This document shows, in pieces, positions 10,489 through 19,054 of a stretch of 64,000 nucleotides of DNA. The DNA comes from an uncultured Clostridia bacterium (GTDB lineage Bacteria; Bacillota; Clostridia; Christensenellales; Borkfalkiaceae). How positions within the stretch are numbered: the stretch's first letter is position 1; each line of letters starts with the position of its first letter. Below the pieces are notes generated by a model. That model worked only from the letters and a program-made list of their open reading frames with translations, did not search any database and had not been told where the DNA came from. The translations under genes were made by a program, and so were the position numbers. The stretch covers positions 31,235-95,234 of the forward strand of contig CANREJ010000001.1 of the NCBI GenBank assembly GCA_947629665.1. Reading direction: 5' to 3'.

Positions 10489-11723
10489 TGGTACATTTAA
10501 AACAGTTTGACAACGGATTAAGGTTGATCGTAAACAAAATGGACTCATTGATGTCCGTATCGATGGGAATAATCGTTCACACGGGCGCTTCACAGGAGAG
10601 CGACAGCGAGGACGGTATTTCACATTTTATAGAACATATGATGTTCAAGGGCACCAAAAAGAGAACGGCCTTCCAAATTTCGGATGAAATGGACAGGATA
10701 GGCGCGCAAATGAACGCTTTTACCGCAAAGGATATAACCTGTTACTACGCAAAGTCCACAACAGGGCACGCAGAAGAAGCGTTTGAAATTCTCGCCGACC
10801 TCTTTTTGGAGAGTACGTTCCCCGAAGATGAAATGGAGAGGGAAAAGGGTGTTGTCATTGAGGAAATCAATATGAATGAAGACACGCCCGACGACCTCTG
10901 CCTGGATATGCTCTCAACGGCGTACTTCGGCAATAAAGGGTACGGGAGAACAATTTTAGGACCCCGCGAAAATGTGGCAGGATTTACCGTCGGCGATATA
11001 AAGAGGTATATGGGCAAACACTATACCCCACAAAATGTTGTCATATCAATGGCGGGAAATATTGATTTCGATGTAGCGGATAACATTGTTGCAAAGTACT
11101 TTGCGTGTCATAATTCGGGAATTTTCAGTAAAAGACCCGTTGAAATTGACCTTAAAGGCCAGTCGCTTTTAAAAAGCAAGGATATTGAGCAAGTTCATAT
11201 CGGCATAGCTTATCCTTCGGTAAAAAGGTACGATAGGCTGTTTGACGCCACGCAGATAATGAATACCGTATTAGGCGGGGGGATGTCCTCGCGCTTGTTC
11301 CAAACAGTGCGTGAAAAGCTCGGCCTTGCCTACACGGTGTATTCATACGTTACAGCTTATGCGGAGGCAGGCGCCCTTGCGGTTTACGCGGGTGTAAATT
11401 CCGAAAAATATTTAAATTCCGTTGAGGCTATTTACGATTGTATTGCGGACATGCGCAAAAAGAATATTTCACGCGAAGAATTTACCCGCGGGAAGGAACA
11501 GCTCATCTCTTCTTCGATATTTTCAAGGGAAAGTACAAGCTCGCAGATGTTGCTCTACGGCAAGGAGCTTCTGTATAGCGGAAAGGTTTATGACTTCGAG
11601 GAGCGTTTTAAACGTATTTCCCAAGTAACGTTAAACGACGTTTTCGAGGCAATTGAATATAATTTTGACGACCGCTTTAAGGCAACGGCGGTTGTTGGTG
11701 CGGCGGACAAGCCGTTAAGCTGA
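10485..11723 (+). CDS. M16 family (insulinase-like) zinc peptidase
   Basis: 412 aa with the inverted zinc motif HFIEHMMFKGT (HxxEH). ATGA overlap with the upstream gene. Confidence 0.85.
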   Translation: MMVHLKQFDNGLRLIVNKMDSLMSVSMGIIVHTGASQESDSEDGISHFIEHMMFKGTKKRTAFQISDEMDRIGAQMNAFTAKDITCYYAKSTTGHAEEAFEILADLFLESTFPEDEMEREKGVVIEEINMNEDTPDDLCLDMLSTAYFGNKGYGRTILGPRENVAGFTVGDIKRYMGKHYTPQNVVISMAGNIDFDVADNIVAKYFACHNSGIFSKRPVEIDLKGQSLLKSKDIEQVHIGIAYPSVKRYDRLFDATQIMNTVLGGGMSSRLFQTVREKLGLAYTVYSYVTAYAEAGALAVYAGVNSEKYLNSVEAIYDCIADMRKKNISREEFTRGKEQLISSSIFSRESTSSQMLLYGKELLYSGKVYDFEERFKRISQVTLNDVFEAIEYNFDDRFKATAVVGAADKPLS

Positions 11724-12208
11724 TGGGACCGATTATAAAGGGATTTGAGCCGTTTTACGATAAATCTTCCCGACTTTTGGTTTTGGGAAGTTTTCCCTCG
11801 GTAAAGAGCAGGGCGGTTGAATTTTATTACGGCAACCCGCAAAACAGGTTTTGGGCTACGCTTGCGGAATTTTTCGGTGAGAGCGCCCCTCTCGTCGTTG
11901 AAGATAAAAAAGATTTTCTCATTAAACGTAAAATAGCGCTGTGGGATATTGTTACCGAGTGTGAAATAAAAGGTTCCAAAGACAGTGAAATTAAAAATTA
12001 TAAAGTTGCCGATGTTCAAAATCTGTTGCAAAAAGTAAAAGTTGGGCTTATAATTTTAAACGGCGGCAAGGCTTACGAAATATTTACAAAAAATTATGCC
12101 GATATTGGCGTTACATACGTAAAATTGCCTTCAACCAGCCCTGCGAATACCCGTTTTTCAAAGGAGGAATGGTTTGACGCCCTATCAAGAGTTTTTAAAC
12201 GAGCTTAA
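11723..12208 (+). CDS. DNA-deoxyinosine glycosylase (uracil-DNA glycosylase superfamily, family-6-like)
   Basis: 161 aa. LVLGSFPS...YYGNPQNRFW is the family signature as I recall it. TGATG overlap with the M16 gene. Confidence 0.78.
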   Translation: MGPIIKGFEPFYDKSSRLLVLGSFPSVKSRAVEFYYGNPQNRFWATLAEFFGESAPLVVEDKKDFLIKRKIALWDIVTECEIKGSKDSEIKNYKVADVQNLLQKVKVGLIILNGGKAYEIFTKNYADIGVTYVKLPSTSPANTRFSKEEWFDALSRVFKRA

Positions 12209-12845
12209 CGCGCTTGCCGAGCCGGAATATAGAGAATTTCATAAAAAATTATTAAAAAACGATAGAATCAACGTCCTTGGCGTCCGCGTTCCACAACTCA
12301 AAAAGTTAGCCAAAAAATATGTAAACGAAGTTGACAATATACTTTCATTTCCCGACGAGTTTTATGAGGTAACTTTTGTAAAACTTTCGGTTGTTGCCTT
12401 ACTCGATTATAGCGGCTTTATCGCACGGCTTGACAGGTGCGTAAAGCTGATTGACAATTGGGCGGCTTGCGATTGTTTTGTCCCGCGGTGTATTAAATCC
12501 AACAGAGATGAATTTTTACCGTACATACGTCATTACGTCTCGGCAGAAGGGGAATTCGAGCAACGTTTTGCGCTCACCACTTTGTTGCATTTTTATGTGG
12601 AAGAACAGTACCTTGAAATTATTTTTTCGCTTGCCGAAAGTTGCGACACGTCAAAATATTATGTGCATATGGCGGTTGCCTGGCTTGTTGCCGAAACGCT
12701 TATAAAACATTACGTCAGGGCGGTAGACTTTTTGCTGAAAAACGCTCTCGATAAAAAAACGCATAATAAAGCAATCCAAAAGGCATGCGAAAGTTTCAGG
12801 CTTTCAAATGACCAAAAAAATTATTTAAAAGGTTTAAAAAGATAA
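12174..12845 (+). CDS. DNA alkylation repair protein (AlkD/AlkC-like HEAT-like repeat family)
   Basis: 223 aa with YREFHKKLL...LGVRVPQLKKLAK...IDNWAACD. TTG start 6 nt after AAGGAGG, embedded in the 3' end of the upstream glycosylase gene (35-nt overlap). Confidence 0.8.
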   Translation: MTPYQEFLNELNALAEPEYREFHKKLLKNDRINVLGVRVPQLKKLAKKYVNEVDNILSFPDEFYEVTFVKLSVVALLDYSGFIARLDRCVKLIDNWAACDCFVPRCIKSNRDEFLPYIRHYVSAEGEFEQRFALTTLLHFYVEEQYLEIIFSLAESCDTSKYYVHMAVAWLVAETLIKHYVRAVDFLLKNALDKKTHNKAIQKACESFRLSNDQKNYLKGLKR

Positions 12846-12847
12846 CA

Positions 12848-15013
12848 ATGGAAATCAAACAACAGCTTACGCAGGAATTTAATTTAAGACCCGACCACGC
12901 AGAAAACGTTTTAAAGTTGCTCGACGAGGGCAACACCATTCCTTTTATTGCCCGGTACAGAAAAGAGATGACGGGCGCGATCGACGACCAGGTGCTTCGC
13001 GCTTTTAACGACAGGTACGAATATCTTAAAAATCTCAACAAGCGCAAAACGGAAGTTGCCAACGCCATTGCGGAACAGGGCAAAATGACGGACGAGATTC
13101 AAGCCGCCATTGACGGCGCGCAGACGATGACCGAGGTTGAGGATATATACCGTCCGTATAAGCAAAAGAAAAAGACGAGGGCTTCGGTTGCAATCGAAAA
13201 GGGGTTGCAACCTCTTGCCGAGTTTATTTTGGAGCAACAGGCGGATCCGTATGCGGAAGCAGAAAAATACATAGACGAAGCAAAGGGCGTTTTAAACGTT
13301 GATGACGCAATAAACGGCGCAAGAGACATAATTGCGGAAATTATTTCCGACAATGCCGAACTCCGCAAAAAATTGCGTTCGCTCCTTGAAAACCACGGCG
13401 AAATGCAGGTTAAAATGGTTAAAGACGACGAAAAGGGCACTTATTCAATGTATGCCGACTATGCGGAGTTGCTTCCAGAAATAAAAAATCACCGCGTGCT
13501 TGCCATAAACCGCGGTGAAAAAGAGGAATGTTTAAAGGCAAAAATTTATTTCAATCCCGATATTGCAAAGCGCGTCTGCACGGCCAAATACGTAAACGTA
13601 AAGGGCAATCCCGAATGTGTTAAAATCATAGAGGAGGCCGCCGACGACGGCTACGACAGGTTGATTGAGCCTTCCGTTGAGCGTGAGGTGCGCGCAATAT
13701 TAACCGATAGGGCAAGCGAACAGGCAATAAAAATGTTTGAAGTAAATCTTCGCCCCCTGCTTTTACAGCCGCCCGTTAAGGGAAAAGTAACGCTTGGGCT
13801 TGATCCCGGTTACAGAACGGGCTGCAAGGTTGCCGTTGTAGACGAAACGGGCAAGGTGCTGGATACTTCAGTAATATATCCCGTTCCCCCCAAAAACGAT
13901 ATTGATGGCGCAAAAAAAATAATCAAAAATCTCATAGCAAAACATAACGTTGATATAATTTCCATAGGCAACGGCACGGCGAGCAAAGAAACGGAAATTT
14001 TTGTTGCAGACCTTTTAAAGGAACTTGGAAACGACAAGGTCAGCTATGCAGTGGTAAGTGAGGCGGGCGCCAGCGTATATTCTGCAAGCAAACTTGCGGT
14101 TGAGGAATTCCCGGATTTTGACGTAACACAGCGTTCTGCGGTTTCAATAGCGCGCAGATTGCAAGATCCTCTTTCGGAACTTATAAAAATCGATCCCAAG
14201 TCAATTGGCGTGGGGCAGTATCAGCACGATATGGACGCAAAGCGTTTGGACAGCGTTTTGGGCGGCGTTTTGGAGGACTGCGTAAACAGTGTAGGCGTAG
14301 ACCTCAATACGGCAAGCGTATCTCTTTTAAAATATGTTGCGGGGTTAAATGCGGGTATTGCAAAAAATATTGTTACCTATCGCGAGGAAAACGGTAAATT
14401 TACCTCCCGTCCACAGCTTTTAAAGGTTTCTAAACTCGGCCCCAAGGCGTATGAACAGTGCGCAGGCTTTTTGCGCATACCCGACGGCAAAAATATTATG
14501 GATAACACTGCCGTACATCCCGAATCTTATTCAAAGGCAGAAAAACTTTTAGAGTTGTTCGGCTATACAGAGGAGGACGTAAAAGCGCGCAAAATTTCCG
14601 ATTTACCGCAAAAAGTTAAGGAATTCGGCGAAAAGAAAGTTGCCGAGTACTGCGGGCTCGACGTTGCCACTATGAACGATATAGTAAACGAGCTTATAAA
14701 GCCCGGCAGGGATATCCGCGACAGCTTGCCCCAGAGGAAGCTACGAAAGGACATCCTTGGCATAGAAGATTTGGCGGTCGGCATGAAAGTGGAAGGCACT
14801 GTTAGAAATGTAATAGACTTCGGCGCGTTTGTGGATATAGGAGTTCACGAGGACGGACTGGTGCATATTTCCGAAATAACGGACAGATATATCCGCCACC
14901 CGTCGGAGGTGTTAAAGGTAGGCCAGCAGGTAAAGGCCGTTATAATAAGTCTTGATAAAGCAAAACACAGGATAGGCTTATCGTTAAAGCAGGTCAAAAA
15001 GCAGGCCAATTGA
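12848..15013 (+). CDS. tex: Tex-like transcription accessory protein with a C-terminal S1 RNA-binding domain
   Basis: 721 aa. N-terminal IPFIARYRKE, a YqgF/RuvC-like core, HhH, and a C-terminal S1 domain (GTVRNVIDFGAFVDIG). Confidence 0.92.
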   Translation: MEIKQQLTQEFNLRPDHAENVLKLLDEGNTIPFIARYRKEMTGAIDDQVLRAFNDRYEYLKNLNKRKTEVANAIAEQGKMTDEIQAAIDGAQTMTEVEDIYRPYKQKKKTRASVAIEKGLQPLAEFILEQQADPYAEAEKYIDEAKGVLNVDDAINGARDIIAEIISDNAELRKKLRSLLENHGEMQVKMVKDDEKGTYSMYADYAELLPEIKNHRVLAINRGEKEECLKAKIYFNPDIAKRVCTAKYVNVKGNPECVKIIEEAADDGYDRLIEPSVEREVRAILTDRASEQAIKMFEVNLRPLLLQPPVKGKVTLGLDPGYRTGCKVAVVDETGKVLDTSVIYPVPPKNDIDGAKKIIKNLIAKHNVDIISIGNGTASKETEIFVADLLKELGNDKVSYAVVSEAGASVYSASKLAVEEFPDFDVTQRSAVSIARRLQDPLSELIKIDPKSIGVGQYQHDMDAKRLDSVLGGVLEDCVNSVGVDLNTASVSLLKYVAGLNAGIAKNIVTYREENGKFTSRPQLLKVSKLGPKAYEQCAGFLRIPDGKNIMDNTAVHPESYSKAEKLLELFGYTEEDVKARKISDLPQKVKEFGEKKVAEYCGLDVATMNDIVNELIKPGRDIRDSLPQRKLRKDILGIEDLAVGMKVEGTVRNVIDFGAFVDIGVHEDGLVHISEITDRYIRHPSEVLKVGQQVKAVIISLDKAKHRIGLSLKQVKKQAN

Positions 15014-15014
15014 C

Positions 15015-15043
15015 TTGACAACATTTTTGTTGTATTGTAAAAT
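15015..15043 (+). promoter_or_regulatory. Consensus sigma-A promoter for acpP
   Basis: TTGACA, 17 nt, TAAAAT. Confidence 0.55.
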
Positions 15044-15072
15044 CTAACTGTATATTTTTGGAGGATAAAAAA

Positions 15073-15294
15073 ATGTTTGAAGAAATAGCTAAAATTCTTG
15101 CCGACCAGCTGGGCATTCCGCAGTCAAAAATCACTATGGAAAGCGATATAGTCAAAGAACTCGGCGCCGATTCCCTTGACGTTGTAGAACTTTTGATGAC
15201 CCTTGAAGACAACACGGGCAAAACCATTCCGGAGGACAAGGTTACCGATTTGAAAACGGTTGGCGATGTTGTGAAAATGCTCGAATCTCTTTAA
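15073..15294 (+). CDS. acpP: Acyl carrier protein
   Basis: Phosphopantetheine attachment motif LGADSLDVVELLM. The ATG at 15073 lies 7-8 nt after GGAGGA, so the TTG at 15058 in the ORF track is probably not the start. Confidence 0.9.
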   Translation: MFEEIAKILADQLGIPQSKITMESDIVKELGADSLDVVELLMTLEDNTGKTIPEDKVTDLKTVGDVVKMLESL

Positions 15295-15312
15295 TTATAT
15301 TATATGAACTCA

Positions 15313-15355
15313 TTTTAAATCGGCGGCGCATAATCAATGCGCCGCCGATTTAAAA
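15313..15355. terminator. Bidirectional intrinsic terminator between acpP and the XRE gene
   Basis: Perfect 18-bp stem ttttaaatcggcggcgca / tgcgccgccgatttaaaa with a 7-nt loop. The A/T-rich stem ends supply U-tracts on both strands. Confidence 0.7.
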
Positions 15356-15358
15356 TAT

Positions 15359-15580
15359 TTAATCATCTACAAGACCCAATAAATAATCTGACGTAACTTC
15401 AAAATATCGTGCAAGTTTAAAAACGGCTTCGGCCGTGGGTATCTGTTTGCCCGTTTCCCAATAACTGATTGAGGCATTACTTAATTGCAATTCCTTTGCA
15501 AGTAAGTTTTGCCCGATATTTTTTTCTTGGCGAAGGCTTTTTAATCTTTCCCCAAAAATTTTTATATCAAAATTTTGCAT
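15359..15580 (-). CDS. XRE-family helix-turn-helix transcriptional regulator
   Basis: 73 aa. Cro/C1 type HTH (LRQEKNIGQNLLAKELQLSNASISYWETGKQIP). Confidence 0.85.
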   Translation of the reverse strand: MQNFDIKIFGERLKSLRQEKNIGQNLLAKELQLSNASISYWETGKQIPTAEAVFKLARYFEVTSDYLLGLVDD

Positions 15581-15587
15581 ATAATAA

Positions 15588-15642
15588 TTCTAACAATAAT
15601 TAGTATATTTCGCTTGACTTCTAATTATAATTAGAATATAAT
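15588..15642. promoter_or_regulatory. Divergent control region: promoter for the zinc-ribbon gene, with one perfect and one imperfect palindromic operator
   Basis: TTGACT (15614-15619), 17 nt, TATAAT (15637-15642). The spacer is filled by the perfect 18-bp palindrome TTCTAATTATAATTAGAA (15619-15636). A related imperfect copy, TTCTAACAATAATTAGTA, lies at 15588-15605. Confidence 0.55.
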
Positions 15643-15671
15643 GATTTTATCAAACACTAAGGAGAAAAATT

Positions 15672-16238
15672 ATGAATTGCTCAAAGCACATTGAAAGTCA
15701 AGCCATTGCCAAATGTAAAATTTGCGGAGCAGGTGTGTGCAAGGAGTGCGCGTCGAAGACTGCATTATTAAAAAGCGATTTCGGCGTACTGTGCCCCGAC
15801 TGCTTTAATAAAAAATTGGACTTGTTATCCGATTTTTACTGGGAGGACAAACGCAAAAGAAAAATAAGAATGATAATAAGTATTATAACTTATTGTTTGG
15901 GAATATTTTTTATTTTGGGTTCGATAATATCACATTATTATGATATGGTACTTGCAATAATAATCGGCGTAGTTCTTTGCGGGTTTTACACGGGATTAAC
16001 GTGGCGAAACGTTGCACAGCAAGCTCACGAAGAAGAGGAACTTAGAAACGGGCCGACGTACGTTATTACGGAAGACGGCATAGAGAAAGAGGACGCGTTT
16101 TGGATGAAAATAGTGTTTTTTGTAATCGGCACTGCCATAGGCGTTATATACACGCCCATAAGAATAATAATCGACGCGATTGGTATTTCAAAAGATAAAA
16201 GATATTTAAGTGAGTTTGCCACGGCAAAAATTAAGTAA
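15672..16238 (+). CDS. Membrane protein with an N-terminal B-box-like zinc-ribbon, function unknown
   Basis: 188 aa. N-terminal Cys/His pairs (CSKH...CKIC...CKEC...CPDC), then about 3-4 hydrophobic helices. GGAGAAAAATTATG ribosome-binding site. Confidence 0.6.
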   Translation: MNCSKHIESQAIAKCKICGAGVCKECASKTALLKSDFGVLCPDCFNKKLDLLSDFYWEDKRKRKIRMIISIITYCLGIFFILGSIISHYYDMVLAIIIGVVLCGFYTGLTWRNVAQQAHEEEELRNGPTYVITEDGIEKEDAFWMKIVFFVIGTAIGVIYTPIRIIIDAIGISKDKRYLSEFATAKIK

Positions 16239-16255
16239 GTGAATTGACATAAATT

Positions 16256-16292
16256 AAATCTGCGGCGCAATTTTTGCACCGCAGATTTTGAT
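16256..16292. terminator. Intrinsic terminator shared by the convergent zinc-ribbon gene and leuS
   Basis: aaatctgcggcgca / tgcaccgcagattt stem with one mismatch, followed by a T-rich tract. Confidence 0.6.
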
Positions 16293-16303
16293 TTTTGCAA
16301 TAT

Positions 16304-18712
16304 CTAAACAATAATATTTATAAGTCTCTTGGGAACAATAATAAATTTTTTAATTGTTTTGTCCGCAATGTAGGGCTTAATACTTTCGTTTGCAAGAACA
16401 AGCGATTTAATTTCGTCATCGGGCATATCGGCGGGTACGGTAATTTTTGCCTTGATTTTGCTGTTTATCTGCACAGCGTATTCAAAGTCGTCGTCGCCGC
16501 ACTTTGCGGGGTCGTATTCGGGCCATTTTTCATAGGCAATAGTGCCGTTGTGCCCCAAAACCGTGTTCCATATTTCTTCGGTAACAAAAGGTATTACGGG
16601 GTTTAAAAGTTTTATCAGGCCTTCGGCGTATTCTTTGGACAGGCTCCCGCCTTCCGCAATTTCTTTATACACGGCGTTCACAAAAATCATCATTTGTGAT
16701 ATTGCCGTATTCACTTTCATTGCTTCGTAATCCTCGGTAACCTTTTTTACCGTCTGGTTATACACTTTTTCGAGATTTTTATTGGGAGCGGTGGAAATAC
16801 AATCCGTTTCACAGTAAATTCTGTAAATTCTGTCAATGAACTTTTTAACGCCCTCAATATTGGAAGTGTTCCAGGGTTTTGTATCGGCAACGGGTCCCAT
16901 GAACATTTCGTACATTCTCATAACGTCTGCGCCGTAGTCGCGCACTATATCGTTGGGATTTATAACGTTGCCCAAACTTTTGGACATTTTATTCCCGTCC
17001 TCGCCCAAAATCATGCCTTGGTGGAAGAGTTTTTTAAACGGCTCCTTATAGGGAACGAGTCCCTTGTCGTACAAAAAATTATTCCAAAAGCGCGAATAGA
17101 GGAGGTGCCCCACAAGGTGTTCTTTCCCGCCGAGGTAAAAGTCAACGGGCATCCAGTGCTTTAAAAGTTCGTAATTTGCAAATTCCTTGTCGTTGTGGGG
17201 GTCGCAATAGCGCAAAAAGTACCAGCTTGAACCTGCGGAACCGGGCATTGTGGTTGTTTCCCGCTTTCCCTTTTTGCCGTTCAAAGTAACGTTTACCCAT
17301 TCAGCCGCGTTTTCGAGCGGGGCGTTTCCGCCGTGCGCTTTATAGTCGGTCATGGGTGGCAGTACAAGCGGAAGTTCGCTGTCGTCCAAAAGCACAACTT
17401 CACCGTCGTCAAGGTGAATTACGGGCAACGGCTCGCCCCAATATCTTTGGCGGGCAAAAATCCATTCGCGCATTTTATATGTTACAGTCTTTTTGCCGCA
17501 GTTATGTTCTTCCAGCCATTTTGCCATGGCGTCTATGGCTTGTTGCTTGTTAAGGCCGTTCAAAACCCCCGAATTTATATGCAGACCGTCTTGTGTGTAG
17601 GCTTCTTTGGATATATCTCCGCCTTCCAAAACCTGTATAATTGGGATATTGAATTTTTTTGCAAACTCATAATCTCTCGTATCGTGGGCAGGCACCGCCA
17701 TAATCGCGCCCGTTCCGTAGGAAGTTAAAACATAATCCGAAATGTAGATGGGCAACTTGTTACCGTTTACGGGATTTACCGCGTACGAGCCGATAAATAC
17801 GCCCGTCTTTTCCTTGTTGAGTTCCGTGCGCTCCAACTCCGATTTTCCCGCACAGAGCTTTTTATATGCTTCAACTTCTTCGCGCTTGTCCGCTGTTGTA
17901 ATTTCGTCAACCAGTTTATGTTCGGGAGCCAACACGCAGTAGGTTGCACCGAAAAGCGTATCGCAACGCGTTGTAAATACGGTGAATTTTTTATCTGTTC
18001 CGTCAACTTCAAAATCAATGTTTGCGCCCTCGGATTTTCCTATCCAATTGCGTTGGGAAGTTTTTGAAGATTCGGGCCAGTCAAGCTCGTCCAATCCTTG
18101 CAAAAGCCTTTCGGCATATTTATTTATGTCAATGACCCATTGCTTCATGTTTTTGCGGACAACGGGGTATCCGCCGCGTTCGCTCTTGCCGTCGATTATT
18201 TCATCGTTTGCAAGCACCGTGCCCAATTCCTCGCACCAATTAACGGGCGTTTCAACATAGCGGGCAAGCCCCGCTTTGCAGAGTTGCTTGAAAATCCATT
18301 GCGTCCACTTGTAGTAAGAGGGATCGCAGGTTGAAATGGTTTGGTCCCAATCGTAGGAGAGCCCAAGCATTTTGAGTTGCGAAGTAAACGTTTTAATGTT
18401 TTCCTGCGTGAACCCGTCGGGATTATGCCCCGTCCTGATTGCAAACTGTTCGGCAGGCAATCCAAAACTGTCAAAACCTATTGGGTGCAACACGTTATAG
18501 CCCTGCATTCTCTTCATTCTCGCAAGAATATCCGTGGCGGTGTAGCCTTCGGGGTGGCCTACGTGCAAGCCTGCGCCCGAAGGATAGGGGAACATGTCCA
18601 AAACGTAATATTTGGGTTTGGAAAAATCATAAAGATCGGTGTGGAAAGTTTTGTTTTCATCCCAATACTTTATCCATTTTTTTTCTACGGCGTTAAATGT
18701 TGTGTAAGCCAT
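16304..18712 (-). CDS. leuS: Leucine--tRNA ligase
   Basis: 802 aa. HIGH motif (HVGHPEGY), KMSKS motif, and a CP1 editing domain. Confidence 0.97.
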   Translation of the reverse strand: MAYTTFNAVEKKWIKYWDENKTFHTDLYDFSKPKYYVLDMFPYPSGAGLHVGHPEGYTATDILARMKRMQGYNVLHPIGFDSFGLPAEQFAIRTGHNPDGFTQENIKTFTSQLKMLGLSYDWDQTISTCDPSYYKWTQWIFKQLCKAGLARYVETPVNWCEELGTVLANDEIIDGKSERGGYPVVRKNMKQWVIDINKYAERLLQGLDELDWPESSKTSQRNWIGKSEGANIDFEVDGTDKKFTVFTTRCDTLFGATYCVLAPEHKLVDEITTADKREEVEAYKKLCAGKSELERTELNKEKTGVFIGSYAVNPVNGNKLPIYISDYVLTSYGTGAIMAVPAHDTRDYEFAKKFNIPIIQVLEGGDISKEAYTQDGLHINSGVLNGLNKQQAIDAMAKWLEEHNCGKKTVTYKMREWIFARQRYWGEPLPVIHLDDGEVVLLDDSELPLVLPPMTDYKAHGGNAPLENAAEWVNVTLNGKKGKRETTTMPGSAGSSWYFLRYCDPHNDKEFANYELLKHWMPVDFYLGGKEHLVGHLLYSRFWNNFLYDKGLVPYKEPFKKLFHQGMILGEDGNKMSKSLGNVINPNDIVRDYGADVMRMYEMFMGPVADTKPWNTSNIEGVKKFIDRIYRIYCETDCISTAPNKNLEKVYNQTVKKVTEDYEAMKVNTAISQMMIFVNAVYKEIAEGGSLSKEYAEGLIKLLNPVIPFVTEEIWNTVLGHNGTIAYEKWPEYDPAKCGDDDFEYAVQINSKIKAKITVPADMPDDEIKSLVLANESIKPYIADKTIKKFIIVPKRLINIIV

Positions 18713-18806
18713 ACTTCAATATCCTTAAACAAATAATTTTTTGTTAATTATACAATTTAGAGTGAAAAATAGCAAATATTTTTAAGTAAAATGCGATTTA
18801 ATATTG

Positions 18807-18835
18807 TTGACAATTAAAATTTATTGTATTAATAT
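18807..18835 (+). promoter_or_regulatory. Sigma-A promoter of the thrS leader
   Basis: TTGACA, 17 nt, TAATAT. Confidence 0.55.
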
Positions 18836-18841
18836 AAATAC

Positions 18842-19041
18842 GCTTGATAAAAGACAAGTACCGCCGAGGGATTTTAAGAGAGTGCGCGTTTGGTGCGAGC
18901 GCATAATTTTGAGGGTAACGGGAAACCACTTTTATAAAAATCAAGCGCGTAGAGCGGTCCTTTTTTAAGGGCAATTAAGGTGGAACCGCGCAAATGAAGT
19001 TTTTGCGTCCTTAAACGTTTTTTCCGTTTAAGGATTTTTTT
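18842..19041 (+). promoter_or_regulatory. T-box riboswitch (threonine specifier) with a terminator/antiterminator
   Basis: AGAGAG bulge and GGTGCGAG distal-loop strings. Specifier-loop GAAACCAC with ACC at 18925-18927. T-box sequence AATTAAGGTGGAACCGCG at 18973-18990. Terminator tccttaaacg / cgtttaagga plus T7 at 19008-19041. Confidence 0.82.
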
Positions 19042-19054
19042 AATGGAGGGTGTT

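Noticed and set aside
18713-18806. A possible T-box leader for leuS, divergent from the thrS leader.
   Set aside because: Only about 90 AT-rich bp are available, with no T-box sequence, specifier structure or terminator on the minus strand.
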